Assembly: GCA_045531355.1 (NCBI GenBank) | Contig: JAZSDW010000070.1 | Location: 1-42,576, forward strand | Reading direction: 5' to 3' | Source of the DNA: Clostridia bacterium | Lineage (GTDB): Bacteria > Bacillota > Clostridia > UMGS1883 > UMGS1540 | DNA length: 42,576 nt | In this document: piece after piece, positions 10,899 to 20,721 of the stretch | Layout of the letters: the number at the start of each line of letters is the position of its first letter | Numbering within the stretch: the stretch's first letter is position 1 | Program-made: the position numbers and the translations under genes | The notes under the pieces: model-generated | Told to the model about the DNA's origin: nothing | What the model saw: only the letters and a program-made list of their open reading frames with translations | Database searches by the model: none

Positions 10899-12266
10899 CT
10901 ATGCAGCTACCGGTGGCGCACCCTTTTCCCTTGCGCGTTTTCGCACCACGAGGTAGGTGACAAAATGTGTCGAGCCTGTTAAAATCCAGCTGACAACATA
11001 GGAAATCAAAAGCGATTCTATTGTGCGATAGTGGGCAAATACTGTGTACACCCATACAATTCGCAATACGCACGCGCCCATCAGCGAAACACACATGGGA
11101 AACACGGAATAGCCGAGGCCGCGCACCGCGCCCATAATCGTTTCCATGACGCCGCAGATGAAATAAGGCAGCGCAAGGAATAAAAATCGTTTCGCGCCCC
11201 AGAAGACTACCGCCGGGTCATTGGTGTAGATAGATAAAATCTGCTCGTCAAACAAAATGACGAGTCCTCCAAGAAGAATGCCGATGACCGAAACCGTAAT
11301 ACAGCTAATGCCAAGGCCACGGTCGATACGCTTAAATTGGCGGGCTCCCATATTTTGTCCTGTGAAAGTCAGCATCGTCTGGTACACCGCGTTCATAGCC
11401 GTATACACAAACCCTTCTACATTCGCCGCCGCCGCATTTCCGGCTACCACGACCGCACCAAAGGAATTGATGGAAGACTGGATAATCATGTTGGAAACCG
11501 AAAAGAATGAACTTTGCAGACTTGCCGGCACGCCGATTGTGATAATGGAAACCGTTTCCGCCTTATGCAAACGCAGCTTTTGCAGCTGCAGCCGCAGAGG
11601 GCCTTCCTCGTGCAGGAGGCAAAGAAGCACCAAAATTGCCGAAACGAACTGGGAAGTTGCCGTAGCAACGCCAACGCCTACAGCACCCATTTGAAAGACA
11701 AGCACAAAAATCAAATTGAGGCAGACATTGAGAACACCGGCCACAATCAGAAAGTAAAGCGGGCGCACCGTGTCTCCTTTTGCCCGCAAAATCGCCGTGC
11801 CGAAATTATAAACGACGCTCGCCGGAACCCCAACGGCATACGCACGCAGATACGCAGTTGCACTCGGCAGAATATCGAGCGGCGTATCCATTAGATTTAA
11901 AAAGAGCTTCGCCATAAAAAAGAGAACAGCACCGCCAAGGATGCCGATGATAGCACTCAAAGAAATGGCACTATGTACGGTGCGGGAAACGCCTTGCATA
12001 TCCCTGGCACCGATATACCGTGCCGCCAAAACATTTGTTCCGATGCTGAAGCCGATACAAAGGTTGACAATTAAATTCACCGTGGAACTGGTCGCGCCCA
12101 CTGCTGCAAGCTCCAACTCCCCGGCGAATTTGCCGACTACGATGATATCAGCAGCATTAAACAAGAGCTGTAAAATTCCGCTGAAAATCAAGGGAATTGT
12201 AAATAAAAGCATATTTTTCAGTATCGGACCGTCCAGCAAATTGGCTCTGGATATTTTCATGTGCAT
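10899..12266 (-). CDS. MATE family efflux transporter
   Basis: About 12 TM segments; LQLLFNAADIIVVG, RAKGDT.RPL, GQNMGA motifs; start may be ATG 12260. Confidence 0.93.
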   Translation of the reverse strand: MHMKISRANLLDGPILKNMLLFTIPLIFSGILQLLFNAADIIVVGKFAGELELAAVGATSSTVNLIVNLCIGFSIGTNVLAARYIGARDMQGVSRTVHSAISLSAIIGILGGAVLFFMAKLFLNLMDTPLDILPSATAYLRAYAVGVPASVVYNFGTAILRAKGDTVRPLYFLIVAGVLNVCLNLIFVLVFQMGAVGVGVATATSQFVSAILVLLCLLHEEGPLRLQLQKLRLHKAETVSIITIGVPASLQSSFFSVSNMIIQSSINSFGAVVVAGNAAAANVEGFVYTAMNAVYQTMLTFTGQNMGARQFKRIDRGLGISCITVSVIGILLGGLVILFDEQILSIYTNDPAVVFWGAKRFLFLALPYFICGVMETIMGAVRGLGYSVFPMCVSLMGACVLRIVWVYTVFAHYRTIESLLISYVVSWILTGSTHFVTYLVVRKRAREKGAPPVAA

Positions 12267-12290
12267 TGCTATTCCTCCGTTCCCGCTTGT

Positions 12291-12319
12291 ACTCTATCAC
12301 ATTTTCCCTCCTCTGTCAA
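12291..12319 (-). promoter_or_regulatory. sigmaA promoter of the MATE gene
   Basis: TTGACA, 17 bp, TG-n-TAGAGT. Confidence 0.65.
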
Positions 12320-12368
12320 GACATCCCATGCCTTTTTCGAACGCCTTCCGATTTTTGCTATTAAAAGT

Positions 12369-12397
12369 TTGACTTTTTCTACAAGATATAGTATAAT
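12369..12397 (+). promoter_or_regulatory. sigmaA promoter of the topoisomerase B gene
   Basis: TTGACT, 17 bp, TATAAT. Confidence 0.8.
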
Positions 12398-12421
12398 GGA
12401 TTTTATAGAAAGGTGGTATAT

Positions 12422-14383
12422 ATGGCAACTTACGGAAACGATAGTATCAAATCCTTAAAAGGGGCAGACCGCGTCCGGAAGCGTCCCGGCGTTATTTTCG
12501 GCTCGGACGGGCTGGAAGGCTGTCAGCACGCTTTTTTTGAAATTGTATCGAACTCCATAGATGAAGCCAGAGAAGGCCACGGTAAAGTGATTGAGGTCAC
12601 GCGCTTTCTGGATAAGTCGATTGAAGTGCGCGATATGGGGCGCGGCATCCCGATGGAATATAATCCCAAAGAAGAACGCTATAATTGGGAGCTTGTATTC
12701 TGTGAGATGTATGCTGGCGGCAAATACGAAAACAATTCCGGCCAGAACTATGAATACAGCCTCGGCCTCAACGGTCTCGGAAGCTGTGCAACGCAGTATG
12801 CCTCGGAATACATGGAGGTCACCGTACAAAGGGATGGCTATCGGTATCAGCTTTTCTTTGAAAAAGGGGAAAACCAGGGCGGTCTTTATAAAGAACAGGT
12901 GCGCTATCGGCATACGGGGACGACGATTAAGTGGCGGCCGGACCTTGATGTTTTCACCTCCATCGACATCCCGCTCGAGTATTTTCAGACCGTTCTGAAA
13001 AAGCAGGCCGTTGTCAATGCCGGTATCACCTTCAAGCTGAAAAATGAAACCCGGGAAGGCATGGAGGAGTTCGTGTATGTATACGAAAACGGCATTACGG
13101 ACTATTTAGCGGAAGTTGCAGGACAGGATGCGATGACCGGAATCGCCCGCTTTGAAACGGAATGCACCGGGCGCGACCGCGAGGATATGCCGGACTATAA
13201 ACTGCGCATGGAGACGGTGTTTTGCTTTAACAATTTAAATCCGATTTTGGAATACTACCACAATTCCAGCTTTCTGGAGCATGGCGGCTCGCCGGACCGT
13301 GCAGTAAAAAGTGCGTTTGTTTCAGCGATTGATGCCTACATCCGTTCAGCCGGAAAATATACAAAGGGTGAATCAAAAATCACTTTTACGGATGTGCAGG
13401 ACAGTCTTTGCCTCATCATGAATTCTTTTTCGACGATGACGAGCTATGAAAACCAGACGAAAAAGGCCATTACAAATCCCTTTATCGCAGAAGCGATGAC
13501 CGCGTTTTTGCGGAAAAATCTCGAAATTTATTTTATTGAGAACCGGATTGAGGCGGAGAAAATTGCCGAGCAAGTGCTTCTCAATAAACGAAGCCGCGAA
13601 ACGGCTGAAAAAACGAGGGTAAACCTCAAAAAGAAATTGGCAAAAAATATAGATGTCACCAACCGCGTGCAAAAGTTTGTGGATTGCCGCACGCGGGACA
13701 CGGAACGGCGTGAACTGTATATCGTGGAAGGCGACTCGGCACTCGGCTCCGTAAAGCTTGCCCGAAACGCGGAATTTCAGGCAATTATGCCGGTGCGCGG
13801 TAAAATTCTGAATGTTTTAAAATGCGATTTACCCCGCATTTTTAAAAGCGATATTATTATGGACCTCATGCGTGTTTTAGGTTGCGGCATCGAGGTGAAG
13901 GCAAAGGACTTTACGGCCTTTGATATGGACAACCTTCGTTGGGATAAAATTATTATCTGCACCGATGCGGATGTCGACGGATATCATATCCGCACCCAGA
14001 TTCTCGCTATGCTCTTCCGCCTGACTCCTACGCTGATTCGGGAAGGAAAGGTCTATATCGCCGAATCGCCTCTGTTTGAAATCACGACAAAAAATGATAC
14101 CTTCTTTGCCTATACCGAGCAGGAAAAAACGCAGATTCTGGAGAGCCTCGGCAATACCCGCGCCACCATTCAGCGCTCGAAGGGACTTGGTGAGAACAAC
14201 CCCGATATGATGAGCAAAACTACGATGAATCCGGAGTCCCGCCGCCTTATCAAGGTGCTCCCTGAGGATGTGGAGAAAACGGCAGAAGTCTTTGAACTCC
14301 TTTTAGGTGACAACCTGCAGGGCCGGAAAGACCATATTGCCGCCGTGGGCGCGCAGTATATAGACCTTGCGGATGTTATGTAA
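12422..14383 (+). CDS. Type IIA DNA topoisomerase subunit B (GyrB/ParE-like, divergent)
   Basis: GHKL ATPase (EIVSNSIDE, DMGRGIP, GTTI) and TOPRIM (EGDSA, PVRGKILN, DADVDG, KGLGE); ATG 12422 after AAAGGTGG. Confidence 0.92.
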   Translation: MATYGNDSIKSLKGADRVRKRPGVIFGSDGLEGCQHAFFEIVSNSIDEAREGHGKVIEVTRFLDKSIEVRDMGRGIPMEYNPKEERYNWELVFCEMYAGGKYENNSGQNYEYSLGLNGLGSCATQYASEYMEVTVQRDGYRYQLFFEKGENQGGLYKEQVRYRHTGTTIKWRPDLDVFTSIDIPLEYFQTVLKKQAVVNAGITFKLKNETREGMEEFVYVYENGITDYLAEVAGQDAMTGIARFETECTGRDREDMPDYKLRMETVFCFNNLNPILEYYHNSSFLEHGGSPDRAVKSAFVSAIDAYIRSAGKYTKGESKITFTDVQDSLCLIMNSFSTMTSYENQTKKAITNPFIAEAMTAFLRKNLEIYFIENRIEAEKIAEQVLLNKRSRETAEKTRVNLKKKLAKNIDVTNRVQKFVDCRTRDTERRELYIVEGDSALGSVKLARNAEFQAIMPVRGKILNVLKCDLPRIFKSDIIMDLMRVLGCGIEVKAKDFTAFDMDNLRWDKIIICTDADVDGYHIRTQILAMLFRLTPTLIREGKVYIAESPLFEITTKNDTFFAYTEQEKTQILESLGNTRATIQRSKGLGENNPDMMSKTTMNPESRRLIKVLPEDVEKTAEVFELLLGDNLQGRKDHIAAVGAQYIDLADVM

Positions 14384-14400
14384 CCGCAAGTTTTGGACTT

Positions 14401-14441
14401 AAAAAAGATACGACGCATGCTTTTTGCATGCGTCGTTTTTT
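14401..14441. terminator. Bidirectional terminator between topoisomerase B and aroQ
   Basis: Perfect 11-bp stem ACGACGCATGC/GCATGCGTCGT with A and T runs nearby. Confidence 0.88.
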
Positions 14442-14904
14442 AATATAAAGGAATGTATTCGTCTTGCACGGATTTCCCGAAATGCTCCTTAAGATACAAA
14501 ATCGCACGGCGGTATCCGTCAAAGCCAAGCCCCATAAAGGTTTTAACGGCCACAGCCCGCACATACGAAATCTGACGGAAAGCTTCGCGCCGCCGTACAT
14601 CCGAAATATGTACCTCTACCGTGGGCAGGCTGACCGCTTCGATTGCATCGGCAATTGCGATGCTCGTATGTGTGTATGCCGCAGGATTGATTACAATGCC
14701 GTCCGCTTTACCATAAGCTTCCTGAATTTTCGTAATGATTTCGCCTTCGGAATTGGACTGGAATACCTCAATTTCAATTCCCTCCGCTTCCCCGACACCC
14801 AAAAGGAACGCCACCAGGTCCGCATAGGTTTGTGTCCCGTAAATTTCCGGTGCACGAATGCCCAGCATATTGAGATTGGGGCCGTTAATCACAAGAATTT
14901 TCAT
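14440..14904 (-). CDS. aroQ: Type II 3-dehydroquinate dehydratase
   Basis: NGPNLNMLG.R.PEIYG, INPAAYTHTS, EVHISD. Confidence 0.96.
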   Translation of the reverse strand: MKILVINGPNLNMLGIRAPEIYGTQTYADLVAFLLGVGEAEGIEIEVFQSNSEGEIITKIQEAYGKADGIVINPAAYTHTSIAIADAIEAVSLPTVEVHISDVRRREAFRQISYVRAVAVKTFMGLGFDGYRRAILYLKEHFGKSVQDEYIPLY

Positions 14905-16123
14905 AAAGCCGTATCACCCTTTCTGTTATTTCTGCCTCCGAAGCCTGATTTTCAATTTCAATGTCGGCAAGTGCCGCATAAAGCGGCGCCCGTGCCTGAT
15001 ACATGACCGCAAGGTCGGCAGTTTCCGAAAGCGGTCGCCCGCCGCGTGCCAGCTGATTTATATCACGCTGCACCCATAGAATTACGCCGTTTTGTCGAAG
15101 ATGCGGCGCATTTTCCGCTCTGGTTACGCATCCGCCACCGGTGGCCAGAATTAACCCGCATTCCTTCCCGTACTGTTTTATAATCTCGGTCTCTCTTCTG
15201 CGGAAGCCTTCCTCTCCCTCGTTTTGAAAAATCTCCGGAATGCGCATACCGGCTGCTGCCTCGATCTCCGCATCCGTATCGACCATCCGTCGCCCCATTT
15301 TTTCGGCGACAGCGCGGGCGATGGTGCTTTTCCCGCAGCCGGGCATCCCAATCAGCACCAGATTTTTCTGTTTCTTTTTAAGACCTGACAAAATTTTTTC
15401 TATTTGCTCGTCCCCAATCGGTGTGCCTGCAAAAAGTTCTGCACTTTCCTTCGCCTGCGCTACCAGCATGGGAAGGCCGTTTTGACACGGAATCCCAAGC
15501 GTCTCCGCCTCTAGAAGAAGCGCCGTTTTGTCCGGATTATAAAGGATATCTAATACGGCGCTGCACTTTGGAAATTTCAAAAGGGAAACAGGTGCTTTTC
15601 CCGTTTCGGGATACATGCCGACCGGCGTGGTATTCACCAAAATTTCAGCATCCGCATGGTTTGAAAGATTCCCATAATGGTTTTCCCCGCTTCTGGAAAT
15701 GATGACGACTGCGCCGGCGCCCATATCACGGCAGACGGCCTCGGCCGTGGCTGCCGCGCCACCGCTTCCTAAAATGACCACCTTTTTTCCCGCCGGGGAA
15801 GCGCCCATTTTTGTCAGCATATAAGAAAATCCGAAATAATCGGTATTGTGCCCATAGAGCCCGCCGTCTTTCGTCCGCACGATGGTGTTAACGCTCTGAA
15901 GGCGCTCGGCAAGCGGGGAAAGCACCGTGCAATAGGGCAAAACTGCCTTCTTATAGGGAATAGTGACATTGATACCATCAAAATCTCTCGCCTGCAAAAA
16001 GGCGGGAAGCGCCTCCTTTGCAATTTCAAAAAGCGAATAGGAATACGCGCCCAGCGCCGCATGAATCTGCGGCGAATAGCTGTGCGTGAGTTTTTCGCCA
16101 ATTAGACCACACTTTTTCATCAC
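14885..16123 (-). CDS. Fused shikimate dehydrogenase-shikimate kinase (AroE-AroK)
   Basis: HSYSP.IH, NVTIPYK, NTDY.G, GSGGAA, NTTPVGM, then GMPGCGKST, FR..E, ATGGG, RPL. Confidence 0.93.
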   Translation of the reverse strand: MMKKCGLIGEKLTHSYSPQIHAALGAYSYSLFEIAKEALPAFLQARDFDGINVTIPYKKAVLPYCTVLSPLAERLQSVNTIVRTKDGGLYGHNTDYFGFSYMLTKMGASPAGKKVVILGSGGAAATAEAVCRDMGAGAVVIISRSGENHYGNLSNHADAEILVNTTPVGMYPETGKAPVSLLKFPKCSAVLDILYNPDKTALLLEAETLGIPCQNGLPMLVAQAKESAELFAGTPIGDEQIEKILSGLKKKQKNLVLIGMPGCGKSTIARAVAEKMGRRMVDTDAEIEAAAGMRIPEIFQNEGEEGFRRRETEIIKQYGKECGLILATGGGCVTRAENAPHLRQNGVILWVQRDINQLARGGRPLSETADLAVMYQARAPLYAALADIEIENQASEAEITERVIRLYENSCD

Positions 16124-16129
16124 ATTCCC

Positions 16130-17284
16130 TCAAATCGTTTCCGTATAGCTTCCAAGATACCGGAATTCTTCACTCATTTTCTCGAGCGCGCAAACAAGCT
16201 GCGCAAACGCTTCGCCGTAAATGCTCGTTTCCAAATCAAAGTAAAACATGAACTCAAAATTACGCTCCGGCATCGGGCGGCTTTCCAGCTTGACGAGATT
16301 GATACCGAGACTGTAAAAGCAGGAAAGCACCTTATAAAGTGCACCCGGCTCGTGCGGCAAAACCATCATGATACTCGTTTTGTCCGCCCCCGGATAAATT
16401 TCGAGTTTCCGGGAAATGCAGATAAAACGCGTATAGTTATTGCCGGAATCCTGCACGGCTTCTTCGAGGCACGAAAGTCCATATAACGCCGCACAATGTC
16501 TTGCACTTAGTGCCGCAACATCGCTTCTTTCCGATTCCGCCACCATTTTGGCCGCCATCGCCGTATTTTCGCAAGGCGTTACGCGGATATCCGGCCCGAG
16601 CGCGGAAAGAAATCCGCTGCATTGCCGGATGGCCTGCTCATGCGTAAAAATTTCGCGGATATCGGATTTTTTCGCGCCTTTCTTTGCCAGAAGGGTATGA
16701 TCGACCTTAATGCGTGTGCTTTTTACAATATAAAAATTATGCGCCCGCATTTTATCATACACTTGATTGACAGAGCCGGCCGTGCTGTTTTCAATCGGCA
16801 AAACGCCGTAGCGGCACAGTCCCTTCTCGATGGCGGAAAATACGCCGTCAAAAGAATTAAAATATAAAATATCCGCTCTTTGCAGCATTCTGTCACAGGC
16901 CATTTGCGCGTATGCGCCCTCCACGCCCTGACATGCTACCGTTGCCTTCTGCGGAAATTCGCAATTTTCCATTTCATGTCTCGCGGCCAAAATCGTATCA
17001 TAAAGCGGACTTTCCGGCTCCATCAGTTTTGCCTGATACGCACGGCTGAGTGCAAAAATCGAGCTGTATAAGGTCCCTACATAAGACGAAAACGCCTCGC
17101 CGGCCTCCGCTTCCACGGCCGCCAGCTTTTCCCGCTCCCGCTTCACATCTAAAACCGGAAGCCCTTGTTCCTTCTTATAGGCCGCAATATCCCCAGCAAT
17201 TTCCATTCGTTTTGTAAAAAGTTCCACGAGCTTTGTATCAATTGTATTGATTTCGTCCCTATACTGTGTAAGCTTATTTTCCAT
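16130..17284 (-). CDS. pheA: Chorismate mutase / prephenate dehydratase (P-protein)
   Basis: N-terminal CM domain, PIENS..GSV, NYTRF, ACT domain with LESRP. Confidence 0.94.
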   Translation of the reverse strand: MENKLTQYRDEINTIDTKLVELFTKRMEIAGDIAAYKKEQGLPVLDVKREREKLAAVEAEAGEAFSSYVGTLYSSIFALSRAYQAKLMEPESPLYDTILAARHEMENCEFPQKATVACQGVEGAYAQMACDRMLQRADILYFNSFDGVFSAIEKGLCRYGVLPIENSTAGSVNQVYDKMRAHNFYIVKSTRIKVDHTLLAKKGAKKSDIREIFTHEQAIRQCSGFLSALGPDIRVTPCENTAMAAKMVAESERSDVAALSARHCAALYGLSCLEEAVQDSGNNYTRFICISRKLEIYPGADKTSIMMVLPHEPGALYKVLSCFYSLGINLVKLESRPMPERNFEFMFYFDLETSIYGEAFAQLVCALEKMSEEFRYLGSYTETI

Positions 17285-17287
17285 CTT

Positions 17288-18391
17288 CTATATCTCCTTC
17301 CAAACACTTTTCGGGTCTAAGAGCGCATCCAAAAGCACGAGCGCTGTCATCGCTTCCAGAACGGGGACTGCTCTCGGCACAATGCATGGGTCATGTCGAC
17401 CTGTAACCGTCAAGGTTTCAGCCGTTTTGTTCACTATGTTCACGCTCTCCTGCGGCATGGAAATCGAAGGCGTAGGCTTTACTGCCACCTCGTATACAAG
17501 GGGCATGCCCGTTGTAATGCCGCCCAATGTGCCGCCATGACGGTTGGTGCAGGTTTTTATCTGCCCGGCTTCGTCCATATAAAAGGCGTCATTATTCTCG
17601 CTTCCATATAAATCTGCTGCCGCAAAACCATTCCCGAAGGCAATTCCGCGTATCGCCGGAATCCCAAAAATCGCTTCGGCCATACGCCCCTCTATGCGGC
17701 GGAACATGGGTGCCCCCAGCCCTGCCGTTAGGCCTATGGCCGCGACCATAACCGTACCACCGACCGAATCACCCCTAAGGCGCGCCGTTTCAATTTCGTG
17801 CTGCATTTCTTCACCGGCCGCATCGTCATAGGTCGGAAACGCTTTCGCCGCAATGCGCCGCAGCGCCGGCATGTCTTCCGCTCCATAGGTCGGGGCTTTC
17901 CCTTCTATACCATGAATGCGCTGCACATGCGCAAAAATCTCAATTCCTTTTTTCTGAAGCATCTGCATTGCAATTCCGCCGGCAATGCAAAGCGGTGCCG
18001 TCAGCCGGCCGGAAAAATGGCCGCCGCCGCGCCTGTCCTGAAACCCGCCGTATTTGATCTCCGCCGAAAGGTCCGCATGGCCGGGACGCGGCACTTCCTG
18101 ATGCGCCGCATAATCGCCGGAACGCGTATTTGTATTTTGTATTGTGGCAAGAATCGGTGCGCCAGTTGTGACATTGTCCATAAGACCGGATAAAAAGGTC
18201 GGCACATCCGCTTCTTTACGGGGCGTGGAAAACCGGTTTTGTCCCGGCGCCCGGCGCTTTAGAAAAGCGGAAAGCGCCTCCATATCGACCGTAAATCCGG
18301 CCGGAAGCCCGTCTATAATAACGCCAAGCGCTTCCCCGTGCGACTCACCGGCTACCGATACCCGGATGTTGTTTCCAAAACTACTGCTCAT
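17288..18391 (-). CDS. aroC: Chorismate synthase
   Basis: GESHG, PRPGHAD, GGGHFSGR, GDS.GG, KPTPSI, GRHDPC. Confidence 0.97.
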   Translation of the reverse strand: MSSSFGNNIRVSVAGESHGEALGVIIDGLPAGFTVDMEALSAFLKRRAPGQNRFSTPRKEADVPTFLSGLMDNVTTGAPILATIQNTNTRSGDYAAHQEVPRPGHADLSAEIKYGGFQDRRGGGHFSGRLTAPLCIAGGIAMQMLQKKGIEIFAHVQRIHGIEGKAPTYGAEDMPALRRIAAKAFPTYDDAAGEEMQHEIETARLRGDSVGGTVMVAAIGLTAGLGAPMFRRIEGRMAEAIFGIPAIRGIAFGNGFAAADLYGSENNDAFYMDEAGQIKTCTNRHGGTLGGITTGMPLVYEVAVKPTPSISMPQESVNIVNKTAETLTVTGRHDPCIVPRAVPVLEAMTALVLLDALLDPKSVWKEI

Positions 18392-19656
18392 CTTACTACC
18401 TCCTCAATCCCGCCGCCAAGAAATTGAAACTGCTCCCAGAAGTCGGGATACGATTTTTGCACAGCCTCTGCACCCTTTATGTAAACTTTCTCTCGGCAAA
18501 GGAGGGAAGCAATGGCCGCCGCCATGCAGATTCTATGGTCCCCTGCGCTATCTACGCGTCCGCCTTCCAGTGGTACACCGCCAGTAATGAGAAGGCCGTC
18601 CGCCATTTCTGTAATTTCTCCGCCAAGGTTTGAAAGCATTGTGGATACCGATCGCAAGCGGTCGCTTTCCTTAAGTCGAAGGCGTTTCGCCCCATAAATG
18701 CGGGTTTTGCCCGTGGCGGCCGCCGCCAAAACTGCCAGAATCGGTACAAGATCCGGAATTTGCATCGCATCAATTTCCAAAGCGGCGAGCGGTGCTTTTT
18801 TCACCGTTATCCCGTCTGTTTCCGTTTGTACTTGTGCGCCAAACGCCGCAAGAAGCCTGTAAATTTCTTTATCGCCTTGCAGAGAATCCATGGAAAGTCC
18901 CCGCATTGTAATGCCATTCCCAAGTGCGCCGGCCGCAAGGAAGAAAGCCGCATTCGACCAGTCCCCTTCTACCCAAAGCGGCGCGCCGCTTTCATTTCGA
19001 TACTGCTGGGCGCCCGGAATGTGCCAAAAATCCCCCTCGCGCTCAATGCGGATTCCAAAACGCCGAAGCACTTCTATCGTCATTTCGACATATTGGGCGG
19101 ATTCCAGTTCCCCCGCCAGAACGAGCCGGCTATCTGTCTCTAAAAGCGGCAACGCCAGAAGAAGCCCGCTGATAAACTGTGAGGACACATCCCCCGGAAG
19201 CCGGTAGGTACCGCCCGTAAGCTGCCCTTCACAAGCAAGGATCGTTTCGGTTTCCCACCAAAGCTTCATCCCATGCGCCTCCAGCTCTTCCCAAAGCGGG
19301 GAAAGCGGCCGTTTCGGGAGACGCCCGGAAAGCAGAAACCGAGTGGAAATACCCTTTGCGCCGGCTACCGGCAGAAGAAAACGGAGTGTGGAGCCACTTT
19401 CGCCGCAATCGGCCCATGCCACCTTGTCCCGCTCACCCAGCGAAACGGAAAACCCGTCGGCCTCTCGCCGCACGACATGCCCCATTGCCGTAAGACACCG
19501 GGCTGTGGCATCAATATCCTGTGAGGTTTCCCTGCAAAGGACTTTGTGTGCTTCTCCGGAAAGTGCTGCACAAATGAGTAGCCTGTGCGCCTGTGATTTC
19601 GAAGCAATCGCCCCTATCGTTCCCGAAAGACTCCGTGGTGAAATACATAGTTCCAT
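18388..19656 (-). CDS. aroA: EPSP synthase
   Basis: SKS.AHR, GESGSTLRF, SSQFISGLL, LRLKESDR, DHRI.M, KSYPDF. Confidence 0.97.
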   Translation of the reverse strand: MELCISPRSLSGTIGAIASKSQAHRLLICAALSGEAHKVLCRETSQDIDATARCLTAMGHVVRREADGFSVSLGERDKVAWADCGESGSTLRFLLPVAGAKGISTRFLLSGRLPKRPLSPLWEELEAHGMKLWWETETILACEGQLTGGTYRLPGDVSSQFISGLLLALPLLETDSRLVLAGELESAQYVEMTIEVLRRFGIRIEREGDFWHIPGAQQYRNESGAPLWVEGDWSNAAFFLAAGALGNGITMRGLSMDSLQGDKEIYRLLAAFGAQVQTETDGITVKKAPLAALEIDAMQIPDLVPILAVLAAAATGKTRIYGAKRLRLKESDRLRSVSTMLSNLGGEITEMADGLLITGGVPLEGGRVDSAGDHRICMAAAIASLLCREKVYIKGAEAVQKSYPDFWEQFQFLGGGIEEVVR

Positions 19657-19671
19657 ACGCGCTTCCTTCCT

Positions 19672-20721
19672 TTACATTCCGCTTTCTAAAAAGGCCGGCA
19701 ATTCCCCGATGGGGACCGGATATAGTCGGCATCGTCCGATGTCTTCCGGAACCACCAGTGTTATTACATCCCCCTGCCTTTTTTTATCGCCAAGCATCGC
19801 CGCATAAAGCGATTCTTTTGTATACGCCGTTTGGGTTGGCAGCCCAAACTGCCTGCAAACGGAGGCAATTTTGTCCCCAAGTGTTCTTTCGCAAAGACCG
19901 TTTGCCGTTGCACACGCTGCCATCATCACCATGCCCATGGCTACAGCCTGTCCATGCGAAACTGCATATCGGCTGCATGCTTCTATCGCATGGCCGAAAG
20001 TATGTCCCAAATTTAAAAGCTGACGGTTTCCCTTGTCAAACTCGTCTTCTTCGACAATTTTACTTTTCATTCTGATGCAGGCAGCAATCACCCGTTCCCT
20101 ATCAAAAGCTATGCCGGCTTCCTCCAGATGCGCAAAAAGCGCCGTATCCCCGATAACACCGTATTTGATAACTTCAGCACAACCGTCCGAAAAAGTTGCT
20201 TTTGGAAGCGTTTTTAATACCGCTGTGTCGCAGAGCACGGCTTTGGGCTGGTAGAAAGCCCCTGCCAGATTTTTCCCTGCTGCAAGATCAATGGCTGTTT
20301 TCCCACCAACCGACGAATCCACCATCGCCAGAAGCGTTGTTGGAATCTGGATAAAGGGAATCCCGCGCAAATAGGTGGCTGCCGCAAATCCTGCCAAATC
20401 ACCAACCACGCCGCCGCCAAACGCCAGAAGTAAATCCGCGCGCGTAAGCTTCTCTTCGGCTAGAAATTCTAAAAGTCTTATATATTGTGCTGCCTGTTTC
20501 GAGCCCTCTCCCGGCGGAATCACAAATTTTACAAACCGAATCCCACTTCGGGAAAGAGAAGACTCCAGCGTTTTCCCGTGCAAGGCATCCACCGTCTGAT
20601 CCGTCACAATCGCGACATATCGTCCCGGACAAAACGGCAAAAGAAATTCTCCAGCCACCTCGAGCGCGTTTTCCTCCAGAAATACTGTATAGGGCTTCGC
20701 CGTTTTTACCTGTATTTTCAT
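19672..20721 (-). CDS. aroB: 3-dehydroquinate synthase
   Basis: GGGVVGDLAGF, PTTLLAMVDSSVGGKT, LNLGHTFGHA. Confidence 0.97.
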   Translation of the reverse strand: MKIQVKTAKPYTVFLEENALEVAGEFLLPFCPGRYVAIVTDQTVDALHGKTLESSLSRSGIRFVKFVIPPGEGSKQAAQYIRLLEFLAEEKLTRADLLLAFGGGVVGDLAGFAAATYLRGIPFIQIPTTLLAMVDSSVGGKTAIDLAAGKNLAGAFYQPKAVLCDTAVLKTLPKATFSDGCAEVIKYGVIGDTALFAHLEEAGIAFDRERVIAACIRMKSKIVEEDEFDKGNRQLLNLGHTFGHAIEACSRYAVSHGQAVAMGMVMMAACATANGLCERTLGDKIASVCRQFGLPTQTAYTKESLYAAMLGDKKRQGDVITLVVPEDIGRCRLYPVPIGELPAFLESGM

